From: Escherichia phage inny
Strand: one strand, 5' to 3'
Sequence record: MN850601.1
Length of the DNA stretch: 64,000 nt
How positions within the stretch are numbered: position 1 is the stretch's first letter; every line of letters starts with the position of its first letter. Below the pieces are notes generated by a model. It searched no databases and was not told the DNA's origin. It saw only the letters and a program-made list of their open reading frames with translations. Of the stretch, positions 1 through 8,878 are shown piece after piece. Both the position numbers and the translations under genes were made by a program.

Positions 1-80
1 GAACTTCAATAAGAGTAGTAAGTAAGGTATAAAGAGTATATAGTTAGTTATAGAGTTAGTAACATTACATATACTCTTTC

Positions 81-95
81 CATGTATAACATGGA
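81..95. promoter_or_regulatory. perfect palindrome CCATGT-ATA-ACATGG upstream of first ORF; possible operator-like site
   Basis: 6-bp inverted repeat with 3-nt spacer read directly in sequence; function unknown. Confidence 0.15.
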
Positions 96-219
96 ATATT
101 CTCTACCTCGCTATCGCTCGGTATATAAGATTAGGGTAGCATGTTTTTTACGAAAAGTAAAACTGTTTATACCGATTGATAGCAGGTTTTTAATAGATTC
201 TATCTATGAGGAGTAGAAA

Positions 220-438
220 GTGTACAAATTATATAAAGGAAAAGATAAGTTTACGGGTAATACATCTGGTTTCTATGTAACACCACATGGCGTTGCCGTA
301 TTTGATTGGATTCCTGGTACTCCAGATCGTGAAATGATTTCTCTTGTAAAACTGTCGGAACAAGAGTACACTTACGGTGACATTACAACATTCTATTCTC
401 GTGCAGAAAATCCAAAACTGATTGCGGAGTGGGAATAA
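220..438 (+). CDS. hypothetical protein (72 aa)
   Basis: ORF track; GTG start 8 nt after GAGGAG RBS; tightly packed with following genes. Confidence 0.5.
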   Translation: MYKLYKGKDKFTGNTSGFYVTPHGVAVFDWIPGTPDREMISLVKLSEQEYTYGDITTFYSRAENPKLIAEWE

Positions 439-701
439 TGGTTACACGATATGATTTAGAGGTGTACAGCCAAGGTGCTGCTGGTCAATGTGATATTGTA
501 CCAGATCCAGAAGGGGATTATGTTCTTCTTGCTGATTACAATAAGCTAGAAGAAAGACTTCTGGCTGTGTATGCTAAAGAGAACAAAACAATCTGTCCTT
601 ATTGCAATGGAATGGGTTGGGTTGTTGCAGATGTTGGACAAATGTATGAATGTGTGCCTTGTAAAACCACAGGATTTATTGAAAAGGATACTGACAAATG
701 A
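429..701 (+). CDS. hypothetical protein with putative zinc ribbon (CPYC...CVPC)
   Basis: ORF track; two CxxC pairs near C-terminus; start overlaps previous stop. Confidence 0.5.
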   Translation: MGIMVTRYDLEVYSQGAAGQCDIVPDPEGDYVLLADYNKLEERLLAVYAKENKTICPYCNGMGWVVADVGQMYECVPCKTTGFIEKDTDK

Positions 702-946
702 CTGTAGCAGATAAAATGAGAGAACTGGCAGAAAACGCAGAACTTAACAAAGCAAAGGAGAGTTTACAAAATATCTACGCGTATATTGAGAGAGCAGCTA
801 AAGATGGAGACAGAGAAGTTGCTATATACACGCTTTATCCAACTTTCGCAAAAGTTAGCTTGGATGCTGAAGGTTTTTCAACTTTTATTGATACAGAAAC
901 ATCTCATTACGATGAAAACTTTACTCGAATAGTTATTCGATGGTAA
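698..946 (+). CDS. hypothetical protein (82 aa)
   Basis: ORF track; ATGA start/stop overlap with upstream gene. Confidence 0.5.
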   Translation: MTVADKMRELAENAELNKAKESLQNIYAYIERAAKDGDREVAIYTLYPTFAKVSLDAEGFSTFIDTETSHYDENFTRIVIRW

Positions 947-1051
947 ATTTCTGATATTTATGCGCCCTGGCTACCTGGGCGTAATAAATTCAGCTTATAT
1001 TTGATCCGCGCCTTCGGCGCTTAGGCAAAGCCACGCCACACAGGAGAGTTT

Positions 1052-1462
1052 ATGTTCAAATGGTTAAAAGAGTTTCTAACATCTTTGGCAGAACCTAAGC
1101 AAGATGTTATTAAAAGCTCTATCACAGGAAAACCGCTTGTTATAGTTACAGGCGGCTTTGGTCATGGGTTTTCTCTTAAACAAACAGATATAGGTTTACA
1201 GGGATCTTTGATTAGTTTTAGAATCACTCAATTAGGAGATAATAGACAAACAATCTTAGACCTTTTCAATGGGGAATTTGATGACTATTTATCCAAGAGT
1301 GGTAAAGAACGTCTGATCGAGCATATAAAACACCGCTATGAGCATGGTGGTTACTACTTAGATACAAAACGTAATGCACAAGGTGATCTTGACATAGTTC
1401 GTATAGCGTGGGATAATGAATTTAAAACTAAACTTGGTAAACTTCTGGAGGAGTTATGGTAA
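1052..1462 (+). CDS. hypothetical protein (136 aa)
   Basis: ORF track; RBS-like CAGGAGAG upstream of ATG. Confidence 0.5.
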   Translation: MFKWLKEFLTSLAEPKQDVIKSSITGKPLVIVTGGFGHGFSLKQTDIGLQGSLISFRITQLGDNRQTILDLFNGEFDDYLSKSGKERLIEHIKHRYEHGGYYLDTKRNAQGDLDIVRIAWDNEFKTKLGKLLEELW

Positions 1463-1638
1463 ATATTAAAACAGGTGATATTGTACGTCTTGCTAGTGAA
1501 GAAATGTTAATGACTGTAATGGTATCTACCTACGATACTTGCGAAGTGGTGTGGTTTGATGTTAATGAACAACTACAGAAAGCTACATTTGATAAACGTA
1601 TGCTTCGTAAAGTTGAAGAAGTGAAGGAGGAAGAATAA
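1456..1638 (+). CDS. hypothetical protein (60 aa)
   Basis: ORF track; start overlaps preceding stop; GGAGGAG upstream. Confidence 0.45.
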   Translation: MVNIKTGDIVRLASEEMLMTVMVSTYDTCEVVWFDVNEQLQKATFDKRMLRKVEEVKEEE

Positions 1639-1639
1639 T

Positions 1640-1852
1640 ATGACAATGTTGCTTCGTATGTTTGTGTTTCTTATGTTCTGGATTATCGTTGGTAACGGTA
1701 TTGTGTTTTTGATTTTTCCTGAAGTAATGACAGGTAATGAAAATAAGGCAGTGCCTTACATTATGCTTATCGGTTACGGTATTGGTACACTCGGATTACT
1801 GTTTGCTGACTGGTTAGTCAATACTTTGTTCTCTAAGTACAGGAACAACTAA
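1640..1852 (+). CDS. small membrane protein (two hydrophobic segments)
   Basis: ORF track; hydrophobic stretches FVFLMFWIIVGNGIVFLIF and IMLIGYGIGTLGLLF. Confidence 0.45.
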   Translation: MTMLLRMFVFLMFWIIVGNGIVFLIFPEVMTGNENKAVPYIMLIGYGIGTLGLLFADWLVNTLFSKYRNN

Positions 1853-1853
1853 T

Positions 1854-2126
1854 ATGTCGGAAAAATTACCTAATGTTTTCTTTTGTTTTGTAGATTGTGT
1901 TACACAAGAAATTATAGTTGACGAAGAAGGTATGTTTACTTATTTTGCATCTGAAGAAGAGGCAAAACTGTCAGCTATGAAATGTATAAGCCAATTGTCA
2001 GTACCTGCTGTCAACAGGTTCGGTATTGCACAGGTGTATAAAACAGTAACAGAGTTTACACCAGATCGAAAACTAACTTTTCTTAACGTTCACTTTGTTT
2101 GTAAGTTTAGTGAACTACGACATTAA
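1854..2126 (+). CDS. hypothetical protein (90 aa)
   Basis: ORF track; start 2 nt after upstream stop. Confidence 0.45.
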   Translation: MSEKLPNVFFCFVDCVTQEIIVDEEGMFTYFASEEEAKLSAMKCISQLSVPAVNRFGIAQVYKTVTEFTPDRKLTFLNVHFVCKFSELRH

Positions 2127-2139
2127 AGCAGGAGTAAAA

Positions 2140-2739
2140 ATGAAAGAATATTGGAGTGGTGAGAAGGGCTTACTAAAGCCAGGAATGCTTTTGCGAGTAA
2201 AGAACATGTTGATCACACAAGATTACATAATGCCTAATCCTGGAGCATTAGTAGAATTCCTTACTGCGCGAGATCAACCTGGGATTGGTGAAATGTGGAT
2301 TGTAACGTGGATATCTCTCGATGGTAAATTGCGCGTTGCTCCTATTGATCCAAAACACCTAGAATCCCCTTACGCCAGTATTGATCCTCGGATCATAGAT
2401 TTGGCTAGAGTTTATAAAGCTCGTACTGGTGTAGAATTAAATGTGGAAATTTTAAATCAATGTATTGACTTCTTACCGGAAAAAGTGCATAATGCTCAAC
2501 AAGAAGGTAACGGTTTAGAAGTTGTTCTTCTTAATGATGGGATGTTCTCTGGTTTGGCATCCGTAGATTTTCCAATAACATTAAGATTGTTACCTGGAGA
2601 ATATGTACTGGATGAAGATACTATTGCTATATCCTCTAAAATTTTAGAACTCATTCCAGGTGCAAGGTGTGTTGGTGATACATCTTCCTTGCTGTTTACT
2701 CTGAATGAAGAAGCCATTATAGTTAAAAAGGAGAAGTAA
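2140..2739 (+). CDS. hypothetical protein (about 199 aa)
   Basis: ORF track 2095-2739 trimmed to internal ATG (MKEYW) preceded by AGGAGT RBS. Confidence 0.5.
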   Translation: MKEYWSGEKGLLKPGMLLRVKNMLITQDYIMPNPGALVEFLTARDQPGIGEMWIVTWISLDGKLRVAPIDPKHLESPYASIDPRIIDLARVYKARTGVELNVEILNQCIDFLPEKVHNAQQEGNGLEVVLLNDGMFSGLASVDFPITLRLLPGEYVLDEDTIAISSKILELIPGARCVGDTSSLLFTLNEEAIIVKKEK

Positions 2740-2844
2740 ATGATGACGTTTATTGTTGGTGTTGTTGTTGGTTATTTTGGTCACAAGTACCAAGATGTTA
2801 TCATCGCTAAAGTTGACGAAGTAATCGAAAAATTTAAACACTAA
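2740..2844 (+). CDS. small hydrophobic peptide (about 34 aa)
   Basis: ATG immediately after upstream stop; MMTFIVGVVVGYFGHKYQDVIIAKV...; below ORF-track size cutoff. Confidence 0.3.
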   Translation: MMTFIVGVVVGYFGHKYQDVIIAKVDEVIEKFKH

Positions 2845-2895
2845 TTTTTTAAAAGGCTGTACTGCTGTGCAGCCTATCTTTCAAAGGAGAGTAAA

Positions 2896-3069
2896 ATGTT
2901 CAAAGATACCAATTATAAATGTGTACATTGTGGTAAATCTTTTGGTGATCACAAAGCTAAAACATTCAATTGTCCACGAAAAGGGCGAGGTAGCTTTAAA
3001 GGTTTTAATCCATCCCACGTTTATTCTCCCAACTACGAGAAACCAGAAGAAGAAAAATTTGTAATCTGA
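2896..3069 (+). CDS. small zinc-ribbon protein (57 aa; CVHCG...NCPRKG)
   Basis: Hand-translated frame with AAAGGAGAG RBS 7 nt upstream of ATG; replaces ORF-track 2867-3064 in another frame lacking an RBS. Confidence 0.4.
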   Translation: MFKDTNYKCVHCGKSFGDHKAKTFNCPRKGRGSFKGFNPSHVYSPNYEKPEEEKFVI

Positions 3070-3078
3070 GGAGGCAAT

Positions 3079-3366
3079 ATGGAACTAGTGCAAGAAGTTT
3101 ATGAAAAACTGAAAGAAGAGAATCTTGATTGGCCTGAACATGCTCTTATTGTCGTCAAAGATACTAATGGTGAAATAAAATTCTCAAGTGTAAGTGAAGA
3201 TGATGTTGTTTTAAGTCCTACAGGATATTATATGAGAGGTGTTACGTGTCTATTCAACACCAAAGTGTATCCTGAAATTAAACTTAGTTACGGTGAACCT
3301 GATCATCCAGAAATCGTTACACGTAATGAATATGAAAATTATTATTTTGCTCGTGAAAGCAAATAA
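3079..3366 (+). CDS. hypothetical protein (95 aa)
   Basis: ORF track; GAGGAGG RBS upstream of ATG. Confidence 0.5.
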   Translation: MELVQEVYEKLKEENLDWPEHALIVVKDTNGEIKFSSVSEDDVVLSPTGYYMRGVTCLFNTKVYPEIKLSYGEPDHPEIVTRNEYENYYFARESK

Positions 3367-3374
3367 GGAAAACT

Positions 3375-3698
3375 ATGCAAAAAATAAACACTGGTTCTCG
3401 TCCTAAACAGAAGCAAACAAAAGCAAGGGTATCTTATGTTGACAACTCTTGTTATAATTTCAAAAATGTTAAAGAAGTTATCATTGATGAAAAAGAAGGT
3501 TTGATTCACATTTCATCTGAACGTTTGAAAGGTAGTGTTACTCTTCGTGAGAATGTATCTATACCTATGAAAGTTGTGGCTACACTCTGTGTTGATAAAC
3601 CAGATGTTGTTAACTACTATGTGTTCCGTGATAGTTGTATTTCATTACATAATAAGATTTTTAAATCTTCGCACGTTAAAACAAAACACATTGTATAA
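3375..3698 (+). CDS. hypothetical protein (107 aa)
   Basis: ORF track; RBS AAGGAAAA; followed by intrinsic terminator. Confidence 0.5.
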   Translation: MQKINTGSRPKQKQTKARVSYVDNSCYNFKNVKEVIIDEKEGLIHISSERLKGSVTLRENVSIPMKVVATLCVDKPDVVNYYVFRDSCISLHNKIFKSSHVKTKHIV

Positions 3699-3704
3699 CA
3701 CATA

Positions 3705-3727
3705 AACCCGCTTCGGCGGGTTTTCTT
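3705..3727 (+). terminator. rho-independent terminator
   Basis: hairpin CCCGC-TTCG-GCGGG followed by TTTTCTTG. Confidence 0.7.
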
Positions 3728-3772
3728 GTATGTGTGTTTTTATTTGTCTTAGCATAAACAATAGGAGGTATT

Positions 3773-3994
3773 ATGTCTGTAGTTGTAGAAGGTAGTATTG
3801 GTTTCTTAGTAGATAACCCTCACCCTTTCGTGGTTAAGGTTCATATTCAAGAAAAGGTAAGCAACAATACGTGGTTGTGCTTGTTAGATAGTAAGATACA
3901 CTCTTATACAGAGGTTTATCTTCACACTTGGCAAATTGGTACGATAACAGCAGAGGATGAATTGATAATTGAACTATATGAACGAGATCTGTAG
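3773..3994 (+). CDS. hypothetical protein (73 aa)
   Basis: ORF track; AGGAGG RBS upstream. Confidence 0.45.
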   Translation: MSVVVEGSIGFLVDNPHPFVVKVHIQEKVSNNTWLCLLDSKIHSYTEVYLHTWQIGTITAEDELIIELYERDL

Positions 3995-4072
3995 ATGACT
4001 TTATTAGAGAGTATCGTAGTGTTAATCATCTTTATCATTGTTGTCATAGGATATTTTACAGAAGACTAAAAT

Positions 4073-4106
4073 AAAGCCCCTAGAATCGCTTCTAGGGGCT
4101 TTTGTT
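4073..4106 (+). terminator. rho-independent terminator closing the + strand early block
   Basis: perfect hairpin GCCCCTAGAA-TCGC-TTCTAGGGGC followed by TTTTGTTTG. Confidence 0.7.
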
Positions 4107-4169
4107 TGCATTAGATAGGGAAACGTATTACTAAAATAAAAAGTGCGTTAGAATGCGTTACAGGAGGTT

Positions 4170-4427
4170 TTAAGAATGCATAAAATCTTCTTCAGGGCAG
4201 GTTGAGAGATAAGAGATGCACGTTGGGACAACAACAACATTATCTTTAAGGTTTGCAACCAAGCCTTTTGTGATTCCAGCCACTGCCCCGTTAATATCTG
4301 CTTGACGGATACCAAAACCTTGTTGTGCGGATAGATAACAAAATCCCTCACCTTTCTGTTGATTATTATTGAAGTAATAAACGTAGTGCATCATAAAATG
4401 GTCTTTAACGATTTGTTCTGTGGTCAT
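4170..4427 (-). CDS. hypothetical protein (85 aa)
   Basis: ORF track; AGGAGA RBS upstream on - strand. Confidence 0.45.
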   Translation of the reverse strand: MTTEQIVKDHFMMHYVYYFNNNQQKGEGFCYLSAQQGFGIRQADINGAVAGITKGLVANLKDNVVVVPTCISYLSTCPEEDFMHS

Positions 4428-4435
4428 AATATTCT

Positions 4436-4461
4436 CCTATAAGAAAAGGGGCTTTCGCCCC
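4436..4461 (-). terminator. rho-independent terminator (hairpin AGGGGCTTTCGCCCCT, copy 1 of 3)
   Basis: GC hairpin followed on - strand by TTTTCTTAT; identical hairpin recurs near 15733 and 28821. Confidence 0.6.
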
Positions 4462-4470
4462 TTGGTCAAG

Positions 4471-5283
4471 TTACTTAGTCAAATGATCTTCTATCATTTT
4501 TATGAAAGCAGGATTGCTAAAAGCATCTGCTGCCTTTTCTCTGTAAACAAAGACTCCTCTATCTTCGTAAAGAAGAGTTTCTTCGTAATTAATTCCTGGG
4601 TTAACAACAATCATTTTTGTACCCATATTAAGTGCAGGGAATAATTCCCAATTAAAATTGATAACTTGGTTTGAACATCCTACTACAACAACCAAATCTT
4701 GCATGGTCAAAGTATCAAACAAGTGAGCCATATCTGCATACAAAGGTGCAGCCTCACCAAAAAATACAACATTAGGCTTCACCCAGTTATAATCATCTAT
4801 GTTTATACTATTGTAACCAATATCTACCAGTGTTTTGTAATCTCCAGGATGCATACGGTAAACTACTTCAGGAAGATACCCGTGCACGTGAATAACAGAA
4901 TCCCTGTCCACACCTGCTCGCTCTAGTAGATCATCAACGTTTGTTGTCAAGTTTACTACTTGGTTAGGATATTCCTTAAACCACTTTGCTATTTGAATAT
5001 GTGCAGCATTAGGTTGTACATCTTTAAGCTCAACACGTCTTTTGTTATAAAATTCGTGTGTTTTGGCATACAAGTCCATACCGTTCTCGTCTACACCACC
5101 GACCACTGGAAGATCTGGAGATGTTCTCACACGATAACCTGCTTGGAAAGCTCCAATATCGCAGACCTCTTCTAAGTCATATTCTTCCCATAAGGCACGA
5201 CCACTATCTGTGTCTGTTCGGAACGTTCGAATCCCACTGTCTGCACTTAAACCTGCGCCACTAACAAAAATTACTCTTCGCAT
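4471..5283 (-). CDS. Sir2-family NAD-dependent protein (deacylase/ADP-ribosyltransferase-like)
   Basis: GAGLSADSGIRTFR (Sir2 GAGxS...GIPxFR), TTNVDDLLERAG (TQNxD), HVHG catalytic His, VVFFGE; only two Cys so no zinc ribbon. Confidence 0.75.
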   Translation of the reverse strand: MRRVIFVSGAGLSADSGIRTFRTDTDSGRALWEEYDLEEVCDIGAFQAGYRVRTSPDLPVVGGVDENGMDLYAKTHEFYNKRRVELKDVQPNAAHIQIAKWFKEYPNQVVNLTTNVDDLLERAGVDRDSVIHVHGYLPEVVYRMHPGDYKTLVDIGYNSINIDDYNWVKPNVVFFGEAAPLYADMAHLFDTLTMQDLVVVVGCSNQVINFNWELFPALNMGTKMIVVNPGINYEETLLYEDRGVFVYREKAADAFSNPAFIKMIEDHLTK

Positions 5284-5294
5284 TCAATATCCTC

Positions 5295-5825
5295 TTAGTA
5301 ATCATCATCCCAAGAAGATGCGTCGTAACGCTCTTCCTCTTCGAAATCCCAATTAATTTCTACTCCAAAATCTAAAAACAATTTAACAATGTTTTCTGTA
5401 GAGTAGTATTTATCATAAGCATTAGCTAGTTCCCAATACTTGTCACTCAATTTTTTATATTTAGGATCATTATAGTCATAATCTACTTTATAACCATAAT
5501 CATACATCTCTTGTTCAGCTTTAAGCATAGCTTCTGGTGTAAGAAGATTAGGGAACGGACGATTTCTTTCTTTTAACTTAGAAGCAATCCAGTTTGCAAC
5601 ATTCGCCACTTCACCATCTCGATTATCACCTAAACAACTTGCATAATCTCCATCTTCGTAAGTGCCTAAATCCCCACAGACCACATGTACAATACTTGAA
5701 TACGATCCACACGTTTCACAATCTGAAAAAGTGTCTACTGTTGTAATATCAATAGATAAAACTGGTAAAGCCATAGCTTCTTTCACACAAGCCTCCTCAT
5801 ATAATAACATATCATCAAAACCCAT
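5295..5825 (-). CDS. hypothetical acidic protein
   Basis: ORF track 5295-5840 trimmed to ATG (MGFDD) preceded by GGAGG RBS. Confidence 0.5.
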   Translation of the reverse strand: MGFDDMLLYEEACVKEAMALPVLSIDITTVDTFSDCETCGSYSSIVHVVCGDLGTYEDGDYASCLGDNRDGEVANVANWIASKLKERNRPFPNLLTPEAMLKAEQEMYDYGYKVDYDYNDPKYKKLSDKYWELANAYDKYYSTENIVKLFLDFGVEINWDFEEEERYDASSWDDDY

Positions 5826-5835
5826 ATATCCTCCA

Positions 5836-5860
5836 CACAAATAAAGCCCCTGATTGGGGC
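5836..5860 (-). terminator. rho-independent terminator
   Basis: hairpin GCCCC-TGATT-GGGGC followed on - strand by TTTATTTG. Confidence 0.6.
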
Positions 5861-5879
5861 TTTGGTTAAGTTTTATGGA

Positions 5880-6491
5880 TTATACCAGACTTTTAAGGTA
5901 CTTGTCAAGGGCTTCTTGATCACCTTGACAAACATAGCAACGGAAGTCTTGAGCAGAAGGTTCTTTGTCCTCGTCCCAATCCCAATAAACAGTACCTTTA
6001 TAACGTGAACCTGGGAACTCGAAATATGCCACATGAGTAATATGGTGTGGGCCACCCCAAAATTCTGTAAAAGTAAATTGAGGATACGCTGCTTTAACTG
6101 TATTCTCAAACCAAGTTTTACGATCTAATGCTTCGTTTATAAAATAAGCATGGCGTTCCATTTCATCCCAATCTTTCCAAACGCATTTTTCATCCAGAGA
6201 AAAAACAAAATCTTCACTGTTAAAATCGTCTGTATCTGATTCCAAAATATCATAATCATGTGCACTAGGTATCCACCATCCAGCTTCTAATAGTGCTTTT
6301 GCAGGTACAAAACCTTTTTCAGCATATTGATCAAATTCTTTTACTCTACGTACAGTGCAGTATTCATCTTCACCACCAATGTCCAGCAGACAAGCACCTT
6401 TGCGTCTTGCTGCAAGACCATGTGTATCAAAAATTACAACACTACCTTCACCATCTTCACGATCTACTTGATATGCAACTTTTTGAGTCAT
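5880..6491 (-). CDS. hypothetical protein (203 aa)
   Basis: ORF track; long ORF with no recognisable motif. Confidence 0.5.
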   Translation of the reverse strand: MTQKVAYQVDREDGEGSVVIFDTHGLAARRKGACLLDIGGEDEYCTVRRVKEFDQYAEKGFVPAKALLEAGWWIPSAHDYDILESDTDDFNSEDFVFSLDEKCVWKDWDEMERHAYFINEALDRKTWFENTVKAAYPQFTFTEFWGGPHHITHVAYFEFPGSRYKGTVYWDWDEDKEPSAQDFRCYVCQGDQEALDKYLKSLV

Positions 6492-6614
6492 ATTACCCCC
6501 AATGTATATGGGAAATTAACCAAAAGATAAATTCCCAAAAACACCAACCAAGAAAAGTTAATGGAATTATAAAAGCTATCAGAGCAGTCTTCCAGCCTTT
6601 CCACAATGTTTCCA

Positions 6615-7604
6615 CTATTCCTCCATACATTTAAGAATATGTGCAATGACAGGTATAGTCCAACCGTTACCTAACATCTTATATGCTTGTGTGTTACTAC
6701 TCACTTTAAAGTAGTCATCTGGCACACCTTGCAAGCGGCAACACTCTTTAACCGTTAACTTTCTATAATGTACGCCTTCACTCAATTTTTCAAAAGCATC
6801 TAGATATCTTCCAGGTGGAATGTAGGCTAATAGTACGTCTTTAGGCACAGTCGTGAGGCAACGAGTTTTTTCACTGTCCTGAACTTCCAAACAATGTACC
6901 AAACGATCAGTTTTAGATGTACTACGTTTGCCATTTTCATTAATTCTACGCCCATATATTGCTGCCGGATAAAAAACCAGTTGTCTGCGACTCTTTTCAA
7001 AATACTGTTCTATATTACCACCTTTGGCATAATTTGCATCTATGCAATAAGCCTTATCTCTGTCTACAATACTATCATCTTCAATGATATCTTGCAACAC
7101 TTCATTGGTAATCTCCCAGGGTTTTATTTCCCAGTTGCACCAGTATAAACGTTGTCTATTCTGTGCCGTGAAATCTGCGGAGTTAATGAATACGGGATCA
7201 ACACCTAAGTAACTTGTGATCACGTTTTCCCACTCCACTTTCATCTTAACGTTTTCAAGCATGAACTTAACATTAGGATTAAACTTTTTAATATGTTCAA
7301 GAATTTCAACATATTCGAAGAATAGTTTAGATCGCGGATCTTGAAAGTTCAAACCCTTACCAGAAGAAGAGAAGCCTTGACACGGACTACCACCTAACAA
7401 AAGATCAATTTCTCCCCACGGGATATCCCATTCTCTCCATTTTGTAACATCACCTAACTGAATAATATCTGGAAAATTTGCTTGGCTTTCAGCTACGGCA
7501 AATTTGTCTAATTCTGAAGCGTAATATGTATCTACTTCAATACCTGCACTTTTTAGCGCAAGCATTCCTCCTGACATACCATCAAAAAGACTTAAAACTT
7601 TCAT
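6615..7604 (-). CDS. DNA (cytosine-5)-methyltransferase
   Basis: C5-MTase motifs: LFDGMSGG (motif I), GGSPCQGFS (PCQ catalytic motif IV), ENV (motif VI). Confidence 0.85.
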   Translation of the reverse strand: MKVLSLFDGMSGGMLALKSAGIEVDTYYASELDKFAVAESQANFPDIIQLGDVTKWREWDIPWGEIDLLLGGSPCQGFSSSGKGLNFQDPRSKLFFEYVEILEHIKKFNPNVKFMLENVKMKVEWENVITSYLGVDPVFINSADFTAQNRQRLYWCNWEIKPWEITNEVLQDIIEDDSIVDRDKAYCIDANYAKGGNIEQYFEKSRRQLVFYPAAIYGRRINENGKRSTSKTDRLVHCLEVQDSEKTRCLTTVPKDVLLAYIPPGRYLDAFEKLSEGVHYRKLTVKECCRLQGVPDDYFKVSSNTQAYKMLGNGWTIPVIAHILKCMEE

Positions 7605-7606
7605 TA

Positions 7607-8017
7607 TTACTTCTTCTCCTTAACACTAGCTGGTAATTCTGCCTTGAGGCAGAAGTTTAAACGGTAAGCCTCATTCTCATTTAAAAGTACAGATTCACAC
7701 GATAACCAGAACAAGAGATCCTCAATACCAGGGCTGTTAAGCCAACAGTGCAGAAGAGAATGTTGTTCTATATCAATGTAATTTAGTAACAAGGCTTGTA
7801 AGGCGTAACTAGTTCCTGTCGTTTTTGCTTTTTCAAGGATGATATTGTGTTTACTAACAACTTTCTTCTTAAGACCAAACCATTTATTAACAACAACAGT
7901 CTCTTCTTGTAGTTGTTTTCTTATTTTCTCACATTCTTTAACTACAATCTGCATCTTATCCACTGCTGATTGAAGTTGTTCTTTTGTTGGGTTTACAAAA
8001 TAATCACTATAATACAT
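7607..8017 (-). CDS. hypothetical protein (136 aa)
   Basis: ORF track; directly downstream of C5-MTase. Confidence 0.45.
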   Translation of the reverse strand: MYYSDYFVNPTKEQLQSAVDKMQIVVKECEKIRKQLQEETVVVNKWFGLKKKVVSKHNIILEKAKTTGTSYALQALLLNYIDIEQHSLLHCWLNSPGIEDLLFWLSCESVLLNENEAYRLNFCLKAELPASVKEKK

Positions 8018-8043
8018 GCTAAACTCCTCTTCTGTTTTTCTGT

Positions 8044-8071
8044 AGTTTATTCGAAAAAACTGGTGTTGTCA
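8044..8071 (-). promoter_or_regulatory. sigma70-like promoter (TTGACA-N16-TAAACT)
   Basis: - strand -35 TTGACA (rc of 8066-8071) and -10-like TAAACT upstream of 7607-8017. Confidence 0.35.
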
Positions 8072-8093
8072 ACAAAAAACCCGCCGAAGCGGG
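8072..8093 (-). terminator. rho-independent terminator
   Basis: hairpin CCCGC-TTCG-GCGGG followed by TTTTTT on - strand. Confidence 0.7.
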
Positions 8094-8099
8094 TTTATA

Positions 8100-8357
8100 T
8101 TATTCTACAGGAACTTCTTCACCAAGAGAAACTTCTAAACGGAATGCTTTACTTTCAATACATTCACTACCTTTTAGAAAATCAAATTGCACTATAGACT
8201 GACTTAATAGAATAGATAGAATCACATCGCAATCTTCACTAGGAGCTAGATGTTTGTATTCTTCCTTCAAGGTAACATCATAAAAACATAAATCCCCTAC
8301 TCCTAGTTCATCCCATCCTTCCCACGCATCTACAAAGTTAAACTCTAAACCTTTCAT
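8100..8357 (-). CDS. hypothetical acidic protein (85 aa)
   Basis: ORF track. Confidence 0.4.
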   Translation of the reverse strand: MKGLEFNFVDAWEGWDELGVGDLCFYDVTLKEEYKHLAPSEDCDVILSILLSQSIVQFDFLKGSECIESKAFRLEVSLGEEVPVE

Positions 8358-8878
8358 ACAACCTCCTCGTAGTTGTTATTGTGTTTTACTGTCTCAACAT
8401 ACAATAAAGATTCCATCTGTAATACATTACCAGAAATAATAAACCCATAAGCCATTTCAGATGTGTCTATATCATATGCCCCGTCTTCCGGTTTAGCAAA
8501 GTGTAAAACTATTTCATCTGGGTTTTCTGCATCCCATAGTTTAGAAATTTTCCGAACCAGAATGTTAGCTAAAATAGTTGACATTCGGGATAAAGCTGTA
8601 TCCTCATATCTTTTAAAACCTAGCCAATAGAGGTTAAGAATTTCTACTTCTTCTTGTGTTAAGTTTTTGTCTAAAGTAATCAGATCTGTAGAGCACGGCG
8701 TTTTTGTTGAACCTACTGTTACAAAACCTGGAGTGTTATGAAAAACAATCTTAACTTTATCACGTATAAAGTTTAAACCTTGTGCCTCAACTATATATTG
8801 TATTGTAGGTACAATATCGTTTGTTACATCAATAAAACTATCTTTAATGACGCTTATATTATTTCTGGACAAGACCAT
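8354..8878 (-). CDS. hypothetical protein (174 aa)
   Basis: ORF track; 4-nt overlap with downstream gene. Confidence 0.45.
   Translation of the reverse strand: MVLSRNNISVIKDSFIDVTNDIVPTIQYIVEAQGLNFIRDKVKIVFHNTPGFVTVGSTKTPCSTDLITLDKNLTQEEVEILNLYWLGFKRYEDTALSRMSTILANILVRKISKLWDAENPDEIVLHFAKPEDGAYDIDTSEMAYGFIISGNVLQMESLLYVETVKHNNNYEEVV

Noticed and set aside
1-220. Genome terminus or packaging site at the window start
   Set aside because: Region is AT-rich with a short palindrome but no clear direct terminal repeat or cos-like element can be judged from a single window.
950-1050. GC-rich hairpins after gene 698-946 (CGCCC...GGGCG and GCGCC-TTC-GGCGC) as intrinsic terminators
   Set aside because: Neither hairpin is followed by a T-tract; they may be RNA processing or regulatory structures but do not meet terminator criteria.
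2496-2841. Antisense/shadow ORFs inside or opposite longer genes (e.g. 2496-2717 -, 2644-2841 -, 4699-4926 +, 4960-5264 +, 6293-6634 +, 6894-7148 +, 12482-12712 +, 14014-14295 +, 21160-21408 +, 23464-23667 +, 26582-26824 +, 28929-29296, 31246-31917 +, 36128-36625 +, 38386-38778 +, 40431-40781 -, 42027-42551 -, 53540-54793 -, 61121-61816 -)
   Set aside because: Each is fully nested in or antisense to a longer, motif-supported gene on the dominant strand of its block, with no RBS and low-complexity composition.
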